The translations under genes were made by a program, and so were the position numbers. Below are positions 28,666 to 39,440 of a stretch of 64,000 nt of DNA, piece by piece. Position 1 is the stretch's first letter, and each line of letters begins with the position of its first letter. Source of the DNA: an uncultured Nitrososphaerota archaeon (GTDB taxonomy: Archaea; Thermoproteota; Nitrososphaeria; Conexivisphaerales; DTJL01); NCBI GenBank assembly GCA_963842885.1, contig CAWJIE010000005.1:352001-416000 (forward strand), in the 5' to 3' direction. The notes under the pieces were generated by a model. That model was not told the DNA's origin. It did not search any database and saw only the letters and a list, made by a program, of their open reading frames with translations.

Positions 28666-29593
28666 ACGTCTTCGCTTTCAGAACGGATTCGCCCAGGCGG
28701 ACCTTCGCTGCGACATCGGGCATCATGATGTCGTCCACTATGGCCTTGACGCCCGTAGAAGACACGTCACCCTTGAGCATCTGATCGGCTCTGTCGAGGA
28801 GGAGGCAGTCTATCAGGCCGTCGTAGAATTCGGCCACACCCACAGGCGAAGCGTCGTAGCCCAGGGACCGCATCATCTTGTCCGCCGGACCCTTGACGGC
28901 CCTCCCGGCGATTATCGGTGAGACGGCCACTTTGAACGCCGTGCTCCGCAGGACGGAGGTCCAGACCTTCCTCACGCTCAGGATAGGCTGGATGGAGGCG
29001 ACCGGGTTGCTGGGGGCGAAAACGATGATGTCGGCGTCCTCGATGGCCTCGATGACCCCAGGGGCCGGCTCAGCGAACCCGCTGCCGGAGTAAGCCACGC
29101 CGTCGATGGCGGGCATCTGGCCCTCTTTCACGAAGTACCTCTCGAACGTCATGGGGCCTGCGTCCGTGTAGAGCATGGTCGTCAGGCGGCTGTCCGTAAC
29201 GGGGATGATCCTGTGTCGTGCCCCCAAAGCTTCCGCGATCCTCCTCGTCACTTCGCTGAGCCTCGCTCCCTGCTTGAGGAGGTTCGTTCTGGCTATGTTC
29301 ACGGCGAGGTCCTTGTCACCGAGCAGCAGCCAGGGCCTCTCCCCCAGCAGCCTGAGGAAGCCGTCACAGCTGAACGTGTCACCCGCGACACCCCAGCCCT
29401 TCGCTTCGTCCACCAGCCCCACCAGCGCGTATGTCACGATGTCGATGTCAGGGGATACATGGAGGCCGAACACCTCTTCGTCGTCGCCCACATTGGAGAC
29501 GATCGTCAGCTTGCCGGGCGGGACCAGTCGGTCGAGCCCGACTGCCAGTTTGGATGCTCCTACCCCTCCGGCCAGAAGCACTACGTTCTCCAA
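28658..29593 (-). CDS. cofD: 2-phospho-L-lactate transferase
   Basis: LAGGVGASK, NVGDD, SPDID, LGDKD, PSNPVASI, GPADK. Confidence 0.92.
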   Translation of the reverse strand: MENVVLLAGGVGASKLAVGLDRLVPPGKLTIVSNVGDDEEVFGLHVSPDIDIVTYALVGLVDEAKGWGVAGDTFSCDGFLRLLGERPWLLLGDKDLAVNIARTNLLKQGARLSEVTRRIAEALGARHRIIPVTDSRLTTMLYTDAGPMTFERYFVKEGQMPAIDGVAYSGSGFAEPAPGVIEAIEDADIIVFAPSNPVASIQPILSVRKVWTSVLRSTAFKVAVSPIIAGRAVKGPADKMMRSLGYDASPVGVAEFYDGLIDCLLLDRADQMLKGDVSSTGVKAIVDDIMMPDVAAKVRLGESVLKAKTST

Positions 29594-29599
29594 TTCAGC

Positions 29600-30214
29600 C
29601 TAGCTCCTCGGGAGGCCGTTGCGCAAGACCTCATCTCTAGCCTTGAGCTTCTTCCTCTTGGGCTTCTCGGCAGGATAGCCCAATTCGAGAAGGACCTGCG
29701 GCTCTAGATTGGCCGGGAGCCCGAACGCCCGTCGGATGGCGGGAGCGCAGAATATGGGCGTTCCCCTCCAGCAGCCTCCGAGGCCGTTGGCGTGGGCCGC
29801 GAGGAGCATATTCTCCGCAGCGGCGGCGACGCCCTGGGTGCCCATGAGCCACTCCCCTCGGCGGCGGGCCCGGGTGGGCTGGGTCTTTAACTCGGAGACG
29901 TCAAGACAAAGCAGCAACAGCAGAGGCACCGAGGCCGTGCGCAGATATGCCCTTTCTGCCTTCTCGAGGGCGGACCCGTCAGCCTGCGATTGGAGATGTC
30001 TGAAGTAGGCGCTCTTCATGGAGCCCGCGAGCTTCCGCCTCCCCTCGCCGGAGATCACGACGAAGACCCAGGGCTGGGTATTGTGTGGACTCGGTGCCCT
30101 CCTCCCGGCGTCAATCACGGAATCGAGGATTGTGGGAGGAATAGCCTTGGCTGAGAAGGCCCTTATGCTCCTGCGCGAGCCGATGACGTCCAGTGCCTCT
30201 CTTGCACCTCTCAT
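29600..30214 (-). CDS. Nitroreductase-family protein (FbiB C-terminal-like)
   Basis: RRSIRAF, APSPHNTQPW, ENMLLAAHANGLGGCW. Confidence 0.85.
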   Translation of the reverse strand: MRGAREALDVIGSRRSIRAFSAKAIPPTILDSVIDAGRRAPSPHNTQPWVFVVISGEGRRKLAGSMKSAYFRHLQSQADGSALEKAERAYLRTASVPLLLLLCLDVSELKTQPTRARRRGEWLMGTQGVAAAAENMLLAAHANGLGGCWRGTPIFCAPAIRRAFGLPANLEPQVLLELGYPAEKPKRKKLKARDEVLRNGLPRS

Positions 30215-30310
30215 TCGTAAAGGAGTGAGACCTCCTCGTAATAAGCTTCGCCTTCGACGCATGCGAAGTCAACGAATTCTTAAATCGAGGAGGGGGGAAT
30301 CGTCCTTGGG

Positions 30311-32095
30311 ATGCCAAAGAAAGCCCTCCTCTATGCCAAGCTCGTCGAAGCGTACGACGCCATGGAGGAGACGACTAAGAGGCTGGAGCTCACCGACATC
30401 CTTGTCGGTCTCTACGAACAGACCAGCCCAGAGGACGTGGTCAAGGTGACGTACCTGAACCAGGGGAAGCTCTACCCCGACTACCTAGGCGTGGAGATGG
30501 GCCTGGGTGACAAGTTAGTGGTGCGGGCCATAGCCAGCGCCACCGGCCTTCCGGAATCTCAGATAGAAGAGCTCTACCGGGAGAAGGGGGACTTGGGTAC
30601 GGCCGCCGAGGAGGCGTCTGGCGGGCGCCTACAATCTACACTCTTCCAGGAGCCTCTCACCGTTTCTGACGTTTACTCCGAACTGGATTCCCTTGCGCAC
30701 CTCTCCGGCTCCGGTTCCCAGGAGGCCAAGCTCAGGTCGCTGGCCAGCCTCCTCAACCGGGCTTCGCCGAGGGAGGCGCGGTACCTGATCAGGACGACCC
30801 TGGGGCAGCTCCGTCTCGGTATTGCGGATTTCACGATACTGGACGCTCTGGCCCAAGCCTTCACGGGCGACAAGGGGAACCGGCCTGCCCTTGAGAGGGC
30901 CTACAACATATCATCGGACTTGGGGGCCGTGGCCAAGGCTGTGGCGGAGGGCGGCTTGAAGGCCCTATCCGAGTTCACCGTCGCCATGGGCAGGCCGATC
31001 CGCCCCATGCTGGCCGAGAGGCTCTCCTCGGCCCAGGAGATCATCGAGAAGCTGAGGGGGAAGTGCGCTGCCGAATTCAAGTATGACGGGGAAAGGATGC
31101 AGATTCACAAGCACGGCGGCGAGGTGACCCTTTTCTCCAGGAGGCTGGAGGTCATCACTCACCACTACCCGGACACGGTCAGGCTGGCCGCCGAGCACGT
31201 TAAGGCCAAGGAGGCGATACTGGAGTGCGAAGGTGTGGCGGTTGACGTGGATTCCGGCGAGCTCCTTCCGTTCCAGCAGCTCATGCACCGGCGGAGGAAG
31301 CATGGGGTGCAGGAGATGATGGAGAAGTTCCCAATCTCCCTCTTCTTCTTCGACGTGATGTACGCCAACGGGACCAGCTACCTCGACAGGCCTTATGAAG
31401 AAAGGAGGGAGGAGCTGGAGGGCCTCGTAGAGACATCGGAGAGGACTTCCTTGGCCCCCCGGATTGTGACGGACAGTCCCTCCAGGATAGAGTCGTTCAT
31501 GGAGGAGGCCATTCAGCAGGGGTGCGAAGGCCTGGTGGTGAAGGACTTGGAAAGCCCCTACAGGGCCGGCGCGAGGGCTTTTGCATGGATCAAGCTGAAG
31601 CGGGAGTACAGGAGCGAGCTCTCCGACACGCTGGATCTCGTGGTGGTGGGGGCCTTCCACGGTCACGGCAGAAGGGCCGGCACCTATGGGGCCTACCTGC
31701 TGGCCGCCTACGATAAGGAGGACGACACTTTCAAGACCGTGTGCAAGATAGGCACCGGATTCACCGACGTTAGCTTGGAAGAGATACCCAAACGGCTGGA
31801 GCCGCTTCTGCTACCCCATGTGCATCCCAGGGTGGTTTCTAAGATGGAGGCCGACGTCTGGTTCGTTCCGCAGCTGGTCTTCGAGGTCATCGCTTCAGAG
31901 ATCACCCTCTCACCCATTCACGTCGCAGCCATGGGGAAGATAAGGCCCGACGCTGGACTCGCCCTCAGGTTCCCCAAGTTCACCGGCAAGATTCGGGATG
32001 ACAAGAGCCCCGAGGACGCCACCACGACCGCGGAGCTTCTGGAAATGTACAATAGTCAGTTGAAGAGAATCGAGGCCGTAGAAGGGGAGAGTTAG
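30311..32095 (+). CDS. lig: ATP-dependent DNA ligase
   Basis: EFKYDGER, EGLVVK, WIKLK, LRFPKF. Confidence 0.96.
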   Translation: MPKKALLYAKLVEAYDAMEETTKRLELTDILVGLYEQTSPEDVVKVTYLNQGKLYPDYLGVEMGLGDKLVVRAIASATGLPESQIEELYREKGDLGTAAEEASGGRLQSTLFQEPLTVSDVYSELDSLAHLSGSGSQEAKLRSLASLLNRASPREARYLIRTTLGQLRLGIADFTILDALAQAFTGDKGNRPALERAYNISSDLGAVAKAVAEGGLKALSEFTVAMGRPIRPMLAERLSSAQEIIEKLRGKCAAEFKYDGERMQIHKHGGEVTLFSRRLEVITHHYPDTVRLAAEHVKAKEAILECEGVAVDVDSGELLPFQQLMHRRRKHGVQEMMEKFPISLFFFDVMYANGTSYLDRPYEERREELEGLVETSERTSLAPRIVTDSPSRIESFMEEAIQQGCEGLVVKDLESPYRAGARAFAWIKLKREYRSELSDTLDLVVVGAFHGHGRRAGTYGAYLLAAYDKEDDTFKTVCKIGTGFTDVSLEEIPKRLEPLLLPHVHPRVVSKMEADVWFVPQLVFEVIASEITLSPIHVAAMGKIRPDAGLALRFPKFTGKIRDDKSPEDATTTAELLEMYNSQLKRIEAVEGES

Positions 32096-32099
32096 ACAA

Positions 32100-33368
32100 T
32101 TGGACCCTGTGAAGGCGGACAAGGACGACCTCAGTCTCGCTGTAGATTCGGAGAAGGCTGAACTGGTGAAGCTGCTGGTGGGCTTCATCCAGGCGAAGAG
32201 CGAGAACCCGCCCGGTGACACCTCGGCGCCGGCATCTGTCGCCGAGGAGTACCTTTCGTCCCATGGGGTCTCCGTGAGGAAGTACTCCTCAGAGGACGGC
32301 TGCGTGAACCTGGTCGCGACACTGGGGGAGGGCGCAGAGGAACTGACCTTCTGCGGCCACATCGACACGGTCCCCGCTGGCGACCCGGCAAAGTGGAGCG
32401 TCCCGCCTCTCGCCGGGAGGATGGCGGGAGGGAGGATCTACGGAAGAGGGGCCACGGACATGAAGGCTGGCTGCGCCGCCCTCACCTTCGCGTTTGCGAA
32501 GACCGGGCAGCATGAGAAGGCGCTCAGCGGCAAGCTGGTGCTTGCGTTGGTCGCCGACGAGGAGTCGGGGGGGAAGAAGGGCGTCCAGTATCTCATCGAG
32601 AAGGGGATATTGAAGTCGAAGAACCTGGTGCTGGGCGAACCGACGAAACATGAAGGGACAGGTCACGTGGTCGTCGCCGGCGAGAAAGGCACCTTCTGGG
32701 TGCGCGTCACCCTGGACGGCGTCGCCAGGCATGGCAGCCTGCCCATGCTGGGAGACAGCGCGATTCTGAAGGCCGTACCCGTGCTTGAAGGGTTCAAGAC
32801 GCCGATCCTCGACAAGGTCACCACCCCGCGCAGCGCCGGCTCCCTAGTGCGGGAGGGGAAGAGGGTGCTGAAGAGAGAGTATTCTTCGGATGCTTCGAAG
32901 AGGCCGTACTACGCGCTTGACCACTACACCGTCAACATCGGCCGCATCGAGGGAGGGACAAAAATCAACATCGTTCCCGACCACTGTTCGGTGGAGCTGG
33001 ACGTCAGGGTTCCCCTCGGTGGGAATAAGGAGGAGGCGGAGAAGCTCGTTCGCAGACGCATCCCCCAGGGCGCGAGGCTGGAGCTGATCAACTACGCCCA
33101 GCCAGCATTCACGCCGCCCTCGTCCCCGCTCGTCAAGAGGATCCGGGAGGCCGCGTGCTCCGTATTCCAGGAGCCGTCACCTGCCATGTGCGTCCCCGCG
33201 ACCACTGACGCCCATCACTTCAGGGCCGCCCTTGGGTCCAACGCCGTGGCCTACGGGCCGGGGCTAGAGTCGATGTGCCACGTGTTGGACGAGTGCGTGG
33301 AGATCTCGGAGGTCATCGGTGCGTCGAAGGTCTACCTGGATCTGGCGCGCAGGATGCTGCTGACCTAA
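32100..33368 (+). CDS. M20 ArgE/DapE-family deacylase
   Basis: GHIDTV, GRGATDMK, DEE, HGS. Confidence 0.9.
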   Translation: MDPVKADKDDLSLAVDSEKAELVKLLVGFIQAKSENPPGDTSAPASVAEEYLSSHGVSVRKYSSEDGCVNLVATLGEGAEELTFCGHIDTVPAGDPAKWSVPPLAGRMAGGRIYGRGATDMKAGCAALTFAFAKTGQHEKALSGKLVLALVADEESGGKKGVQYLIEKGILKSKNLVLGEPTKHEGTGHVVVAGEKGTFWVRVTLDGVARHGSLPMLGDSAILKAVPVLEGFKTPILDKVTTPRSAGSLVREGKRVLKREYSSDASKRPYYALDHYTVNIGRIEGGTKINIVPDHCSVELDVRVPLGGNKEEAEKLVRRRIPQGARLELINYAQPAFTPPSSPLVKRIREAACSVFQEPSPAMCVPATTDAHHFRAALGSNAVAYGPGLESMCHVLDECVEISEVIGASKVYLDLARRMLLT

Positions 33369-33595
33369 GCCTTGTGAGGAAAGCCCCCATTTTAAGAGCT
33401 CTGGGCGGACAAAGGCATGGACGCCTTGAGCCACTGTCCACGACATTCTGGGGCACAAATACGCAAGAGGCCGCGCGTGTGCATTGCCGATAACGCACCG
33501 CTTTTTGGCAATCATGGCAGATTTAGCAGGATGTGCTTGCCGTTCGTCTAGAACGTTTATATCATCTGCTTGCGCAAAGAAGGTGTCGAAGTTCG

Positions 33596-34249
33596 ATGTA
33601 TACGGGAGAGGCTGAAATGCAGGCGCGCCGTAAGATACTTGCGGTGCTCCAAGACGAGGGACGCAGGGTCCTAGATGCGGGCAGGGAGCTGGCTAACATC
33701 CATGGAGCCCTGGTCCTGGGAGACGAAGAAGGGGTCTCCGCCGCATCGGACAGCCTGCATCTCTCCATAAACGACGTGGAGGCCTACAGGAGGGCCCTGA
33801 GTCGCCAGCTGGCTGAATTGGGCAGCATGATGATCAACCGTGAGGACCTTCTCAGGGCCGCGTATACTATCGAAGAGGTCGCCAACTACCTCGAAAGCAT
33901 CGCGTTCAGGCTGACTCAGCTCCGGTATCAGACGCTCAAGAAGACAGGCCTCGTGGATGACCTCAGGGTCCTGTTCGACCTGGTCATAAGCATCCTGAGT
34001 AGGTTGAACGAAACCATCCGCACTCTCCAGTTCAACCCGGTCAAGGTGAACGACCTGATCCAGCTGGTGGAGAGGAGTGAGCACGAGATGGACGAGAAGT
34101 ACAGGAGCTCCACCTCGAAGGCCATGAAGGAGATCAACGATTTCAAGGACTTGATCCTCTTAAAAGACGTCCTGGAGAGGATAGAGACCGTCTCCGACCT
34201 CGCCCTGTCCTGCGCCGACCTCGTCGTCATCATTTCGTTGGGCATATAG
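33596..34249 (+). CDS. DUF47/PhoU-like protein
   Basis: All-helical; REDLL, EHEMDEKYR, IETVSD. Confidence 0.7.
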   Translation: MYTGEAEMQARRKILAVLQDEGRRVLDAGRELANIHGALVLGDEEGVSAASDSLHLSINDVEAYRRALSRQLAELGSMMINREDLLRAAYTIEEVANYLESIAFRLTQLRYQTLKKTGLVDDLRVLFDLVISILSRLNETIRTLQFNPVKVNDLIQLVERSEHEMDEKYRSSTSKAMKEINDFKDLILLKDVLERIETVSDLALSCADLVVIISLGI

Positions 34250-34291
34250 GGGAATACGTCGTGTCGCATTCTGGTTCCGCCTCGAGAGGGT

Positions 34292-34843
34292 TTGAGATTG
34301 GCTAGGCCTGCGGTCGGCGAGCTGGTGGAGAACAGGATCATTCTATGGGGGACGGAGGAGTCGAGGAGCATGTACTCTGCCGGCTACTATGGGAAGCCGC
34401 TGGGTGTCTCCAAGCCCAAAGGGGTTGACTTCGACGCTCCGCTCATATTGGATCTAATAGAAGGATATTACCTCCAAAGGAAGGACCGTCTCGTGGTCAC
34501 CGGGCCTGGAGGGAGGATGTCGCGGAAGGCCCTCAGGGCACTGTGCGAATCCGAATACAACGACTTCTCCGACAAGTACGCCGTCTACGAGCACCTGAGG
34601 GACGCCGGCCTCGTCGTGACTCCCGGGATCAAGTTCGGTTGCGACTTCGCCGTCTACAAGCACGGCCCGGGCATCGACCACGCACCATACCTTGTGCAGG
34701 TCATGAAGCCCGGTCACGGCCTCACGGCGACCCACATCGTCCTTTCCGGGAGACTGGCCACCACGGTCAGGAAGCAGTTCCTCATAGCCACGGTCAAGGG
34801 GCGGAGGATCTCCTTCCTCTCCTTTGACTGGTGGCGCGCGTAG
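34292..34843 (+). CDS. endA: tRNA-splicing endonuclease, catalytic subunit
   Basis: GIKFGCDFAVYKHGPGIDHAPY, GRLATTVRK. Confidence 0.9.
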   Translation: MRLARPAVGELVENRIILWGTEESRSMYSAGYYGKPLGVSKPKGVDFDAPLILDLIEGYYLQRKDRLVVTGPGGRMSRKALRALCESEYNDFSDKYAVYEHLRDAGLVVTPGIKFGCDFAVYKHGPGIDHAPYLVQVMKPGHGLTATHIVLSGRLATTVRKQFLIATVKGRRISFLSFDWWRA

Positions 34844-34980
34844 CCGAGTTCGGGGGCAGAGGGAGCCGACCCTCTCACGGGATGCATTCCTACTGATTTT
34901 AGGCAATCATGTCAAATGTCTTGACCCTTCGGAGATTTAATACAGGGTGCCTCAGTCACACCGCAGAATCTGGAGACAGT

Positions 34981-35727
34981 GTGGACGCCTTGTCAAGGCT
35001 TCAGGCAGCCATGAACGCGGGCGGGCTGGCCCTCCTCGTAGAGTTGCCCAGCAACAGCGCTGAGCTCGCCTCGGCCGTCGAGCAGGGAGGCGCCGACAGC
35101 CTACTCCTCCAGCTGTTCAACGAGCACCCGGTTACGTCCGCGTACACCGGAGGCCCCGACCTGGAGGCACAGCAGATCAAGGACCTCCTTTCGACCTTGA
35201 AGCTCCCGGTGGGCATCCACCTTGGGTACCAGAAGGTGGTTACCAAGGAGGAATGGGAGCAGGTGGTAACGCTAGGTTTCGATTACGCGGCAATAGGGGT
35301 GTCCAAGCTCCCACCATTCGTCCTCCGCGACAGCCGTCTCCCGCTCCTTCCCTACGTCCAGCCGGGGATGCCCTTCGAGTACTACCGCGTGCTCTCGGGA
35401 TACGACAACATTTTAGCATTCTCCTTCGAGACATCTTCGCAGATTCAGTCCGAAGGCGCGAACAAGTTCTGCGTTTTGGACTTGGTGACACTTTCCCTCG
35501 TCACGAAGCTCTCCGACAGTAAACCTGTGATCTTCCGCGTCTCCCAGGACGTGGCGGGAGACGACGTCCAGAGCCTCGTCGAGAATGGATGCAGGGGCCT
35601 GCTTCTCGACCCGGCCTTCACTGCGTCCAACGCGGAGTTCTTCAAGACCTACACGGCGCAGTTCAGGGAGGCCATCGACGCGCTGAAGAAAAAGACGGTA
35701 TTTAGGGCGCATTTCCCATGGGGGTAG
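34981..35727 (+). CDS. Hypothetical protein (TIM-barrel-like)
   Basis: Alternating strand/helix pattern; no specific motif recognised. Confidence 0.6.
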   Translation: MDALSRLQAAMNAGGLALLVELPSNSAELASAVEQGGADSLLLQLFNEHPVTSAYTGGPDLEAQQIKDLLSTLKLPVGIHLGYQKVVTKEEWEQVVTLGFDYAAIGVSKLPPFVLRDSRLPLLPYVQPGMPFEYYRVLSGYDNILAFSFETSSQIQSEGANKFCVLDLVTLSLVTKLSDSKPVIFRVSQDVAGDDVQSLVENGCRGLLLDPAFTASNAEFFKTYTAQFREAIDALKKKTVFRAHFPWG

Positions 35728-35742
35728 GGTGGGAGGATACAA

Positions 35743-36447
35743 TTGCAGGCTGTGATCTTGGCGGGCGGACTGGGGACCCGCCTTAGGCCGTACACGTTCT
35801 TCGCGCCGAAGCCCATGCTTCCCTTGGGCGACAAGCCTCTGATGGAGCATCTAATAATCCAGCTTTCCAAAACTGGGATAGAAGACATCATCGTCACTGT
35901 CAGCTACCTGCGGAAGACCATCGAGGACTACTTCGGGGAGGGCGATGAGATGGGTGTTCACATCAAGTATGTCCGGACATCCAAGCCGATGGGCACCGCC
36001 GGCCAGCTGAAGACGGTGGAGCCCCTAGTGAAGGGCAGCTTCGTCGTCCTCTACGGTGACTCTTTGGTGGAGGCCGATATAGGGAAGATGATCGAGTTTC
36101 ACAGGAAGAAGAAGGCTCTGGCCACGCTCATGCTCATGCCATTCCGGGAGAACATGAGGTATGGTTTCATCGAAAGCGACGAACATGACAGGGTGACCAA
36201 CTGGCGCGAGAAGCCTGTCGTCGAGGGTTGGATAAACGTAGGCTGCTACGTCATGGAGCCCTCCTTCCTGAAGTACATCCCTGAGGACGTGATGTACGGC
36301 ATGAACGACGCCTTCAACGCCGCCTTGAAGAAGGGAGAGCCCATCTTCGCCTACAAGGCTGAGGGCGACTTTATCGACATCGGGGACAAGAAGAGCTACC
36401 TCAGTGCCAACGCCAAGTTCGTAGAAAGGCTGGGCCGCATCCTCTGA
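35743..36447 (+). CDS. Sugar-phosphate nucleotidyltransferase
   Basis: LAGGLGTRLRP, PKPM, YGD, EKP. Confidence 0.92.
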   Translation: MQAVILAGGLGTRLRPYTFFAPKPMLPLGDKPLMEHLIIQLSKTGIEDIIVTVSYLRKTIEDYFGEGDEMGVHIKYVRTSKPMGTAGQLKTVEPLVKGSFVVLYGDSLVEADIGKMIEFHRKKKALATLMLMPFRENMRYGFIESDEHDRVTNWREKPVVEGWINVGCYVMEPSFLKYIPEDVMYGMNDAFNAALKKGEPIFAYKAEGDFIDIGDKKSYLSANAKFVERLGRIL

Positions 36448-36451
36448 GTCC

Positions 36452-37642
36452 GTGGTGAAAGGGTTCGTGGACCTAGCTCTCTTTGAAGAGGATGGGAAGA
36501 ACCCCCTCCGACCGCTAGCCTTGGCGAAGCCCACCTTCAAGCTCATCTACTCCTATCGGCCGCTGGGCGCGCGAATAAGGAGGGAGCTCGGTCGAGTGGC
36601 GGCTTACTATGTGCCCGAGCGGTTCGGGATGCTGCTCAAGGAGACGGAGTCGCAGGCGGCGGTGAATCCTTCGAGCTATGAGGGCGAAGTCTTGCTCGTC
36701 AACAGCAGGCTCCGCCCTGAGGAGGGCGTCGTATCGGTCGTCAAGGGCCTGAAGGCCGGGGAGTTCGTGATTTCGGACGGGGCAGTGGCGGCCGCCAGGA
36801 CTAGCAAGGTCCCTGAAGACCTTCAGAGGCTGGCTGACGGCGGACTGGCGCAGAGGCTCAAGGCCGACGGAGGGGAGGAGCTGACGAAGGACGGGCTCCT
36901 TCTGAACGGTCCCTGGGACCTCATCACCAGCCTATCCGGCGGGCTCACGGGGACGGGCGTCGTCTACGGAAGCCATGTCGCCGTCGAGGAGCCGGTGTAC
37001 TTCGACACGTCGAGGGGTCCGGTGCTCATCGCCGACGACGTCAAGATCGAAGCCTTCACCAGGATAGTGGGCCCCGCTCTGATAGGGAAGGGCTCTGTGT
37101 TGCATTCCGCGCGCCTCAATGGGAACTGCTACATCGGCGATGGCTGCAGGATTGGCGGGGAAGTCGAGGAGAGCATCGTCGAGGGTCATTCCAACAAGTC
37201 TCATGCAGGATACCTGGGGCATTCATACCTCGGGGAATGGGCTAACATCGGCGCCGGTGCTGTCACCAGCGACCTCAAGAACACATACGGCTCGATTCGC
37301 ATGGAGACGCGACAAGGGAGAGTGGACACCGGCTTGGTGAAGCTCGGCTCCTTCATGGCCGACTTGACCAAGGTCTCAATAAACGCGACTATATACGCCG
37401 GTAAGTGCGTCGGCATGGCTTCGCATGTGCACGGCCTCGTAGACAGGGACGTCGCGCCCTTCACGATATACGGCCGGTCGCTGGGCTGGGACGACAGGAA
37501 GCTTCTCCTCGATTCCGCGCTCGAGTCCCTCAGGAGGATGAAGGCCAGGCGGAACCTTCGAGTGTCCAAGGGCGAAGAACAGCTCATCCGTCTGGCGTAC
37601 GACGATGCCAAGAACGAGGGCGACCATCAGGTTTCCGGGTGA
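36452..37642 (+). CDS. GlmU-like nucleotidyltransferase/hexapeptide-repeat protein
   Basis: GGEVEES, NKSHAGYLGHSYLGEW, SDLKNTYG. Confidence 0.8.
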   Translation: MVKGFVDLALFEEDGKNPLRPLALAKPTFKLIYSYRPLGARIRRELGRVAAYYVPERFGMLLKETESQAAVNPSSYEGEVLLVNSRLRPEEGVVSVVKGLKAGEFVISDGAVAAARTSKVPEDLQRLADGGLAQRLKADGGEELTKDGLLLNGPWDLITSLSGGLTGTGVVYGSHVAVEEPVYFDTSRGPVLIADDVKIEAFTRIVGPALIGKGSVLHSARLNGNCYIGDGCRIGGEVEESIVEGHSNKSHAGYLGHSYLGEWANIGAGAVTSDLKNTYGSIRMETRQGRVDTGLVKLGSFMADLTKVSINATIYAGKCVGMASHVHGLVDRDVAPFTIYGRSLGWDDRKLLLDSALESLRRMKARRNLRVSKGEEQLIRLAYDDAKNEGDHQVSG

Positions 37643-38278
37643 GACGCTTCGATAATCGTCCACCTTACGGACATCCATCGGTCAGAGAGGATCCTCGGCC
37701 GCCTGGACATGTTCGGCAGGGGCGCCGACCTAGTGGTCATTTCGGGGGACGTCACGACCTCTGGCGAGGAGGGATTCCTGAGGAGGTTCCTGTCGCGCCT
37801 GAGCGAGCTCCCCATCCCGACCTTCATCGTCCCCGGCAACAACGAGGGACCGGAGCTGTCGTCAACGGGGCAGGTCCAGAACATAGACGACAGGGTGATG
37901 GTTTTCGGCGGCATTCGATTCGGGGGACTGGGCGGCTCTCCTCCCACTCCTTTTGACACAATTAACGAATACCCAGATTCGCAGCTCTGGGAAAGGCTGG
38001 AGAAGCTGGGGAGCGTGGACGTCCTCGTGTCGCATTCCCCTCCGTTCGGAACTTCGCTGGACACTTCGGGCTACGGAGGGCATCTGGGAAGCCATGCCGT
38101 GCTGCGCTACGTCAAGACGATGAACCCCAGGCTTCTGCTCTGCGGCCACGTGCACACCGCGAAGGCCGTCGAGGTCGTCGGCTCCTGCACGTGCTGCAAC
38201 CCTGGCTCCGCTTCGATGGGAGGGTTCGCAATAGTGAAGGTCGACGGAGACGTCAAGGTCGAGCTACGAACTCTTTAA
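37639..38278 (+). CDS. Metallophosphoesterase (start region probably frameshifted)
   Basis: TDIH, SGD, PGNNE, SHSPP, CGHVH. Confidence 0.85.
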
Positions 38279-38321
38279 TAGAGGCTCGGCGAGCAGCAAG
38301 AATCGAAATCCTCGAGATGGG

Positions 38322-39400
38322 TTGAAATTGGCTACTGACTCATCCTTCATAGACGTCTCGTTCGACAGGAAAGGGCTCCTGCGGGATTATCGGACATGGC
38401 CGGAAACAGGCCTGAAAACGCTTGAAAACCTTCCGCAGGTCCACGTCGATCCTCATGCGGAGAGAGTCTTTGTCGCCGGGATGGGAGCCTCGTCGGCGGC
38501 CGGCGAATTCTTCAGGGACGCGTTGGCACAGTCGTATCTCCGGGTGAACGTGCTGCGCAACCACATCGTGCCTTCGGACCTGGGGAAGGACGACCTGATC
38601 ATTGGGATGAGCCTTTCCGGTGGCACCGAAGAGACAGGCTACGTCTTCGATCAGGCGCTCAGAAGGGGTGCCAGCGGCATCGCCATAGCGTCGGGCGGCC
38701 TCCTCAAGACGATAGCGGACAGGCGCGGAGCTCAGTTCCTCAAGATCGAAGGCGGAGCCACGGCCCGCTCCTCCTTCCCGGTGTTCGTGTCGACGCTGGC
38801 TGGAGCTTTGGACGGATGGAAGCCCGACATGGGCCTCAGGGGCCGACTAAGTGATGCATTTGTAGGGCTGAGCAAGATTTCGGCAGCCTATTCGGACCCC
38901 GACCCCGAAAGGAGCGCCCCCGCGAAGACCGCCATCTGGTTGCAGGAGGCTACACACACGACGGCCTACTACTCTCCGTTCAACCTGTCCGTCGGCACCC
39001 GATTCAAGAACGTCCTCAGCGAGAACGCCAAGATGGACTGCACCATCACCGACGTCATGGACGTCATGCACGACGGCATCACCTGCTGGGAGCATGACTT
39101 CGGGTCACGTCTCCTTCTCCTTCATAGCTGGAGGGACGACGAGGTCGTGAACCATCAGGTTCTCTCTCATCGGAGAGCAGGTGCGCTCCCTCGGGTTCCA
39201 GACGGCCGACGTGGCATCAGGGAACGCCGGAGGGGGTGCAGGACCTCCTTCACTCCTTCTACTACCTCGACCTGGTCTCGGTGTTCGCGGCCTTGCTCCG
39301 GCGGCTGGACCCCGGCGTGACTCAGAGCCAGGAAGTCCTCAAGCAGAAGCTGGGGAAGGTCTCCACTCTCAGGAAGTACCTGAACGCGGAATACGGCTAA
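38322..39400 (+). CDS. SIS-domain phosphoglucose/phosphomannose isomerase-like protein; frameshifted near the 3' end
   Basis: AGMGASS, SLSGGTEET, SGG, LSENAK. Confidence 0.75.
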
Positions 39401-39440
39401 GGTTATTACACCCAGCGTCCTCCGGGTTGCTTGGGCCTGC

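Noticed and set aside
33370-33590. GAGGAAAGCCCCC resembling the RNase P RNA 5' motif
   Set aside because: No complementary 3' conserved motif, and the gap is too short.
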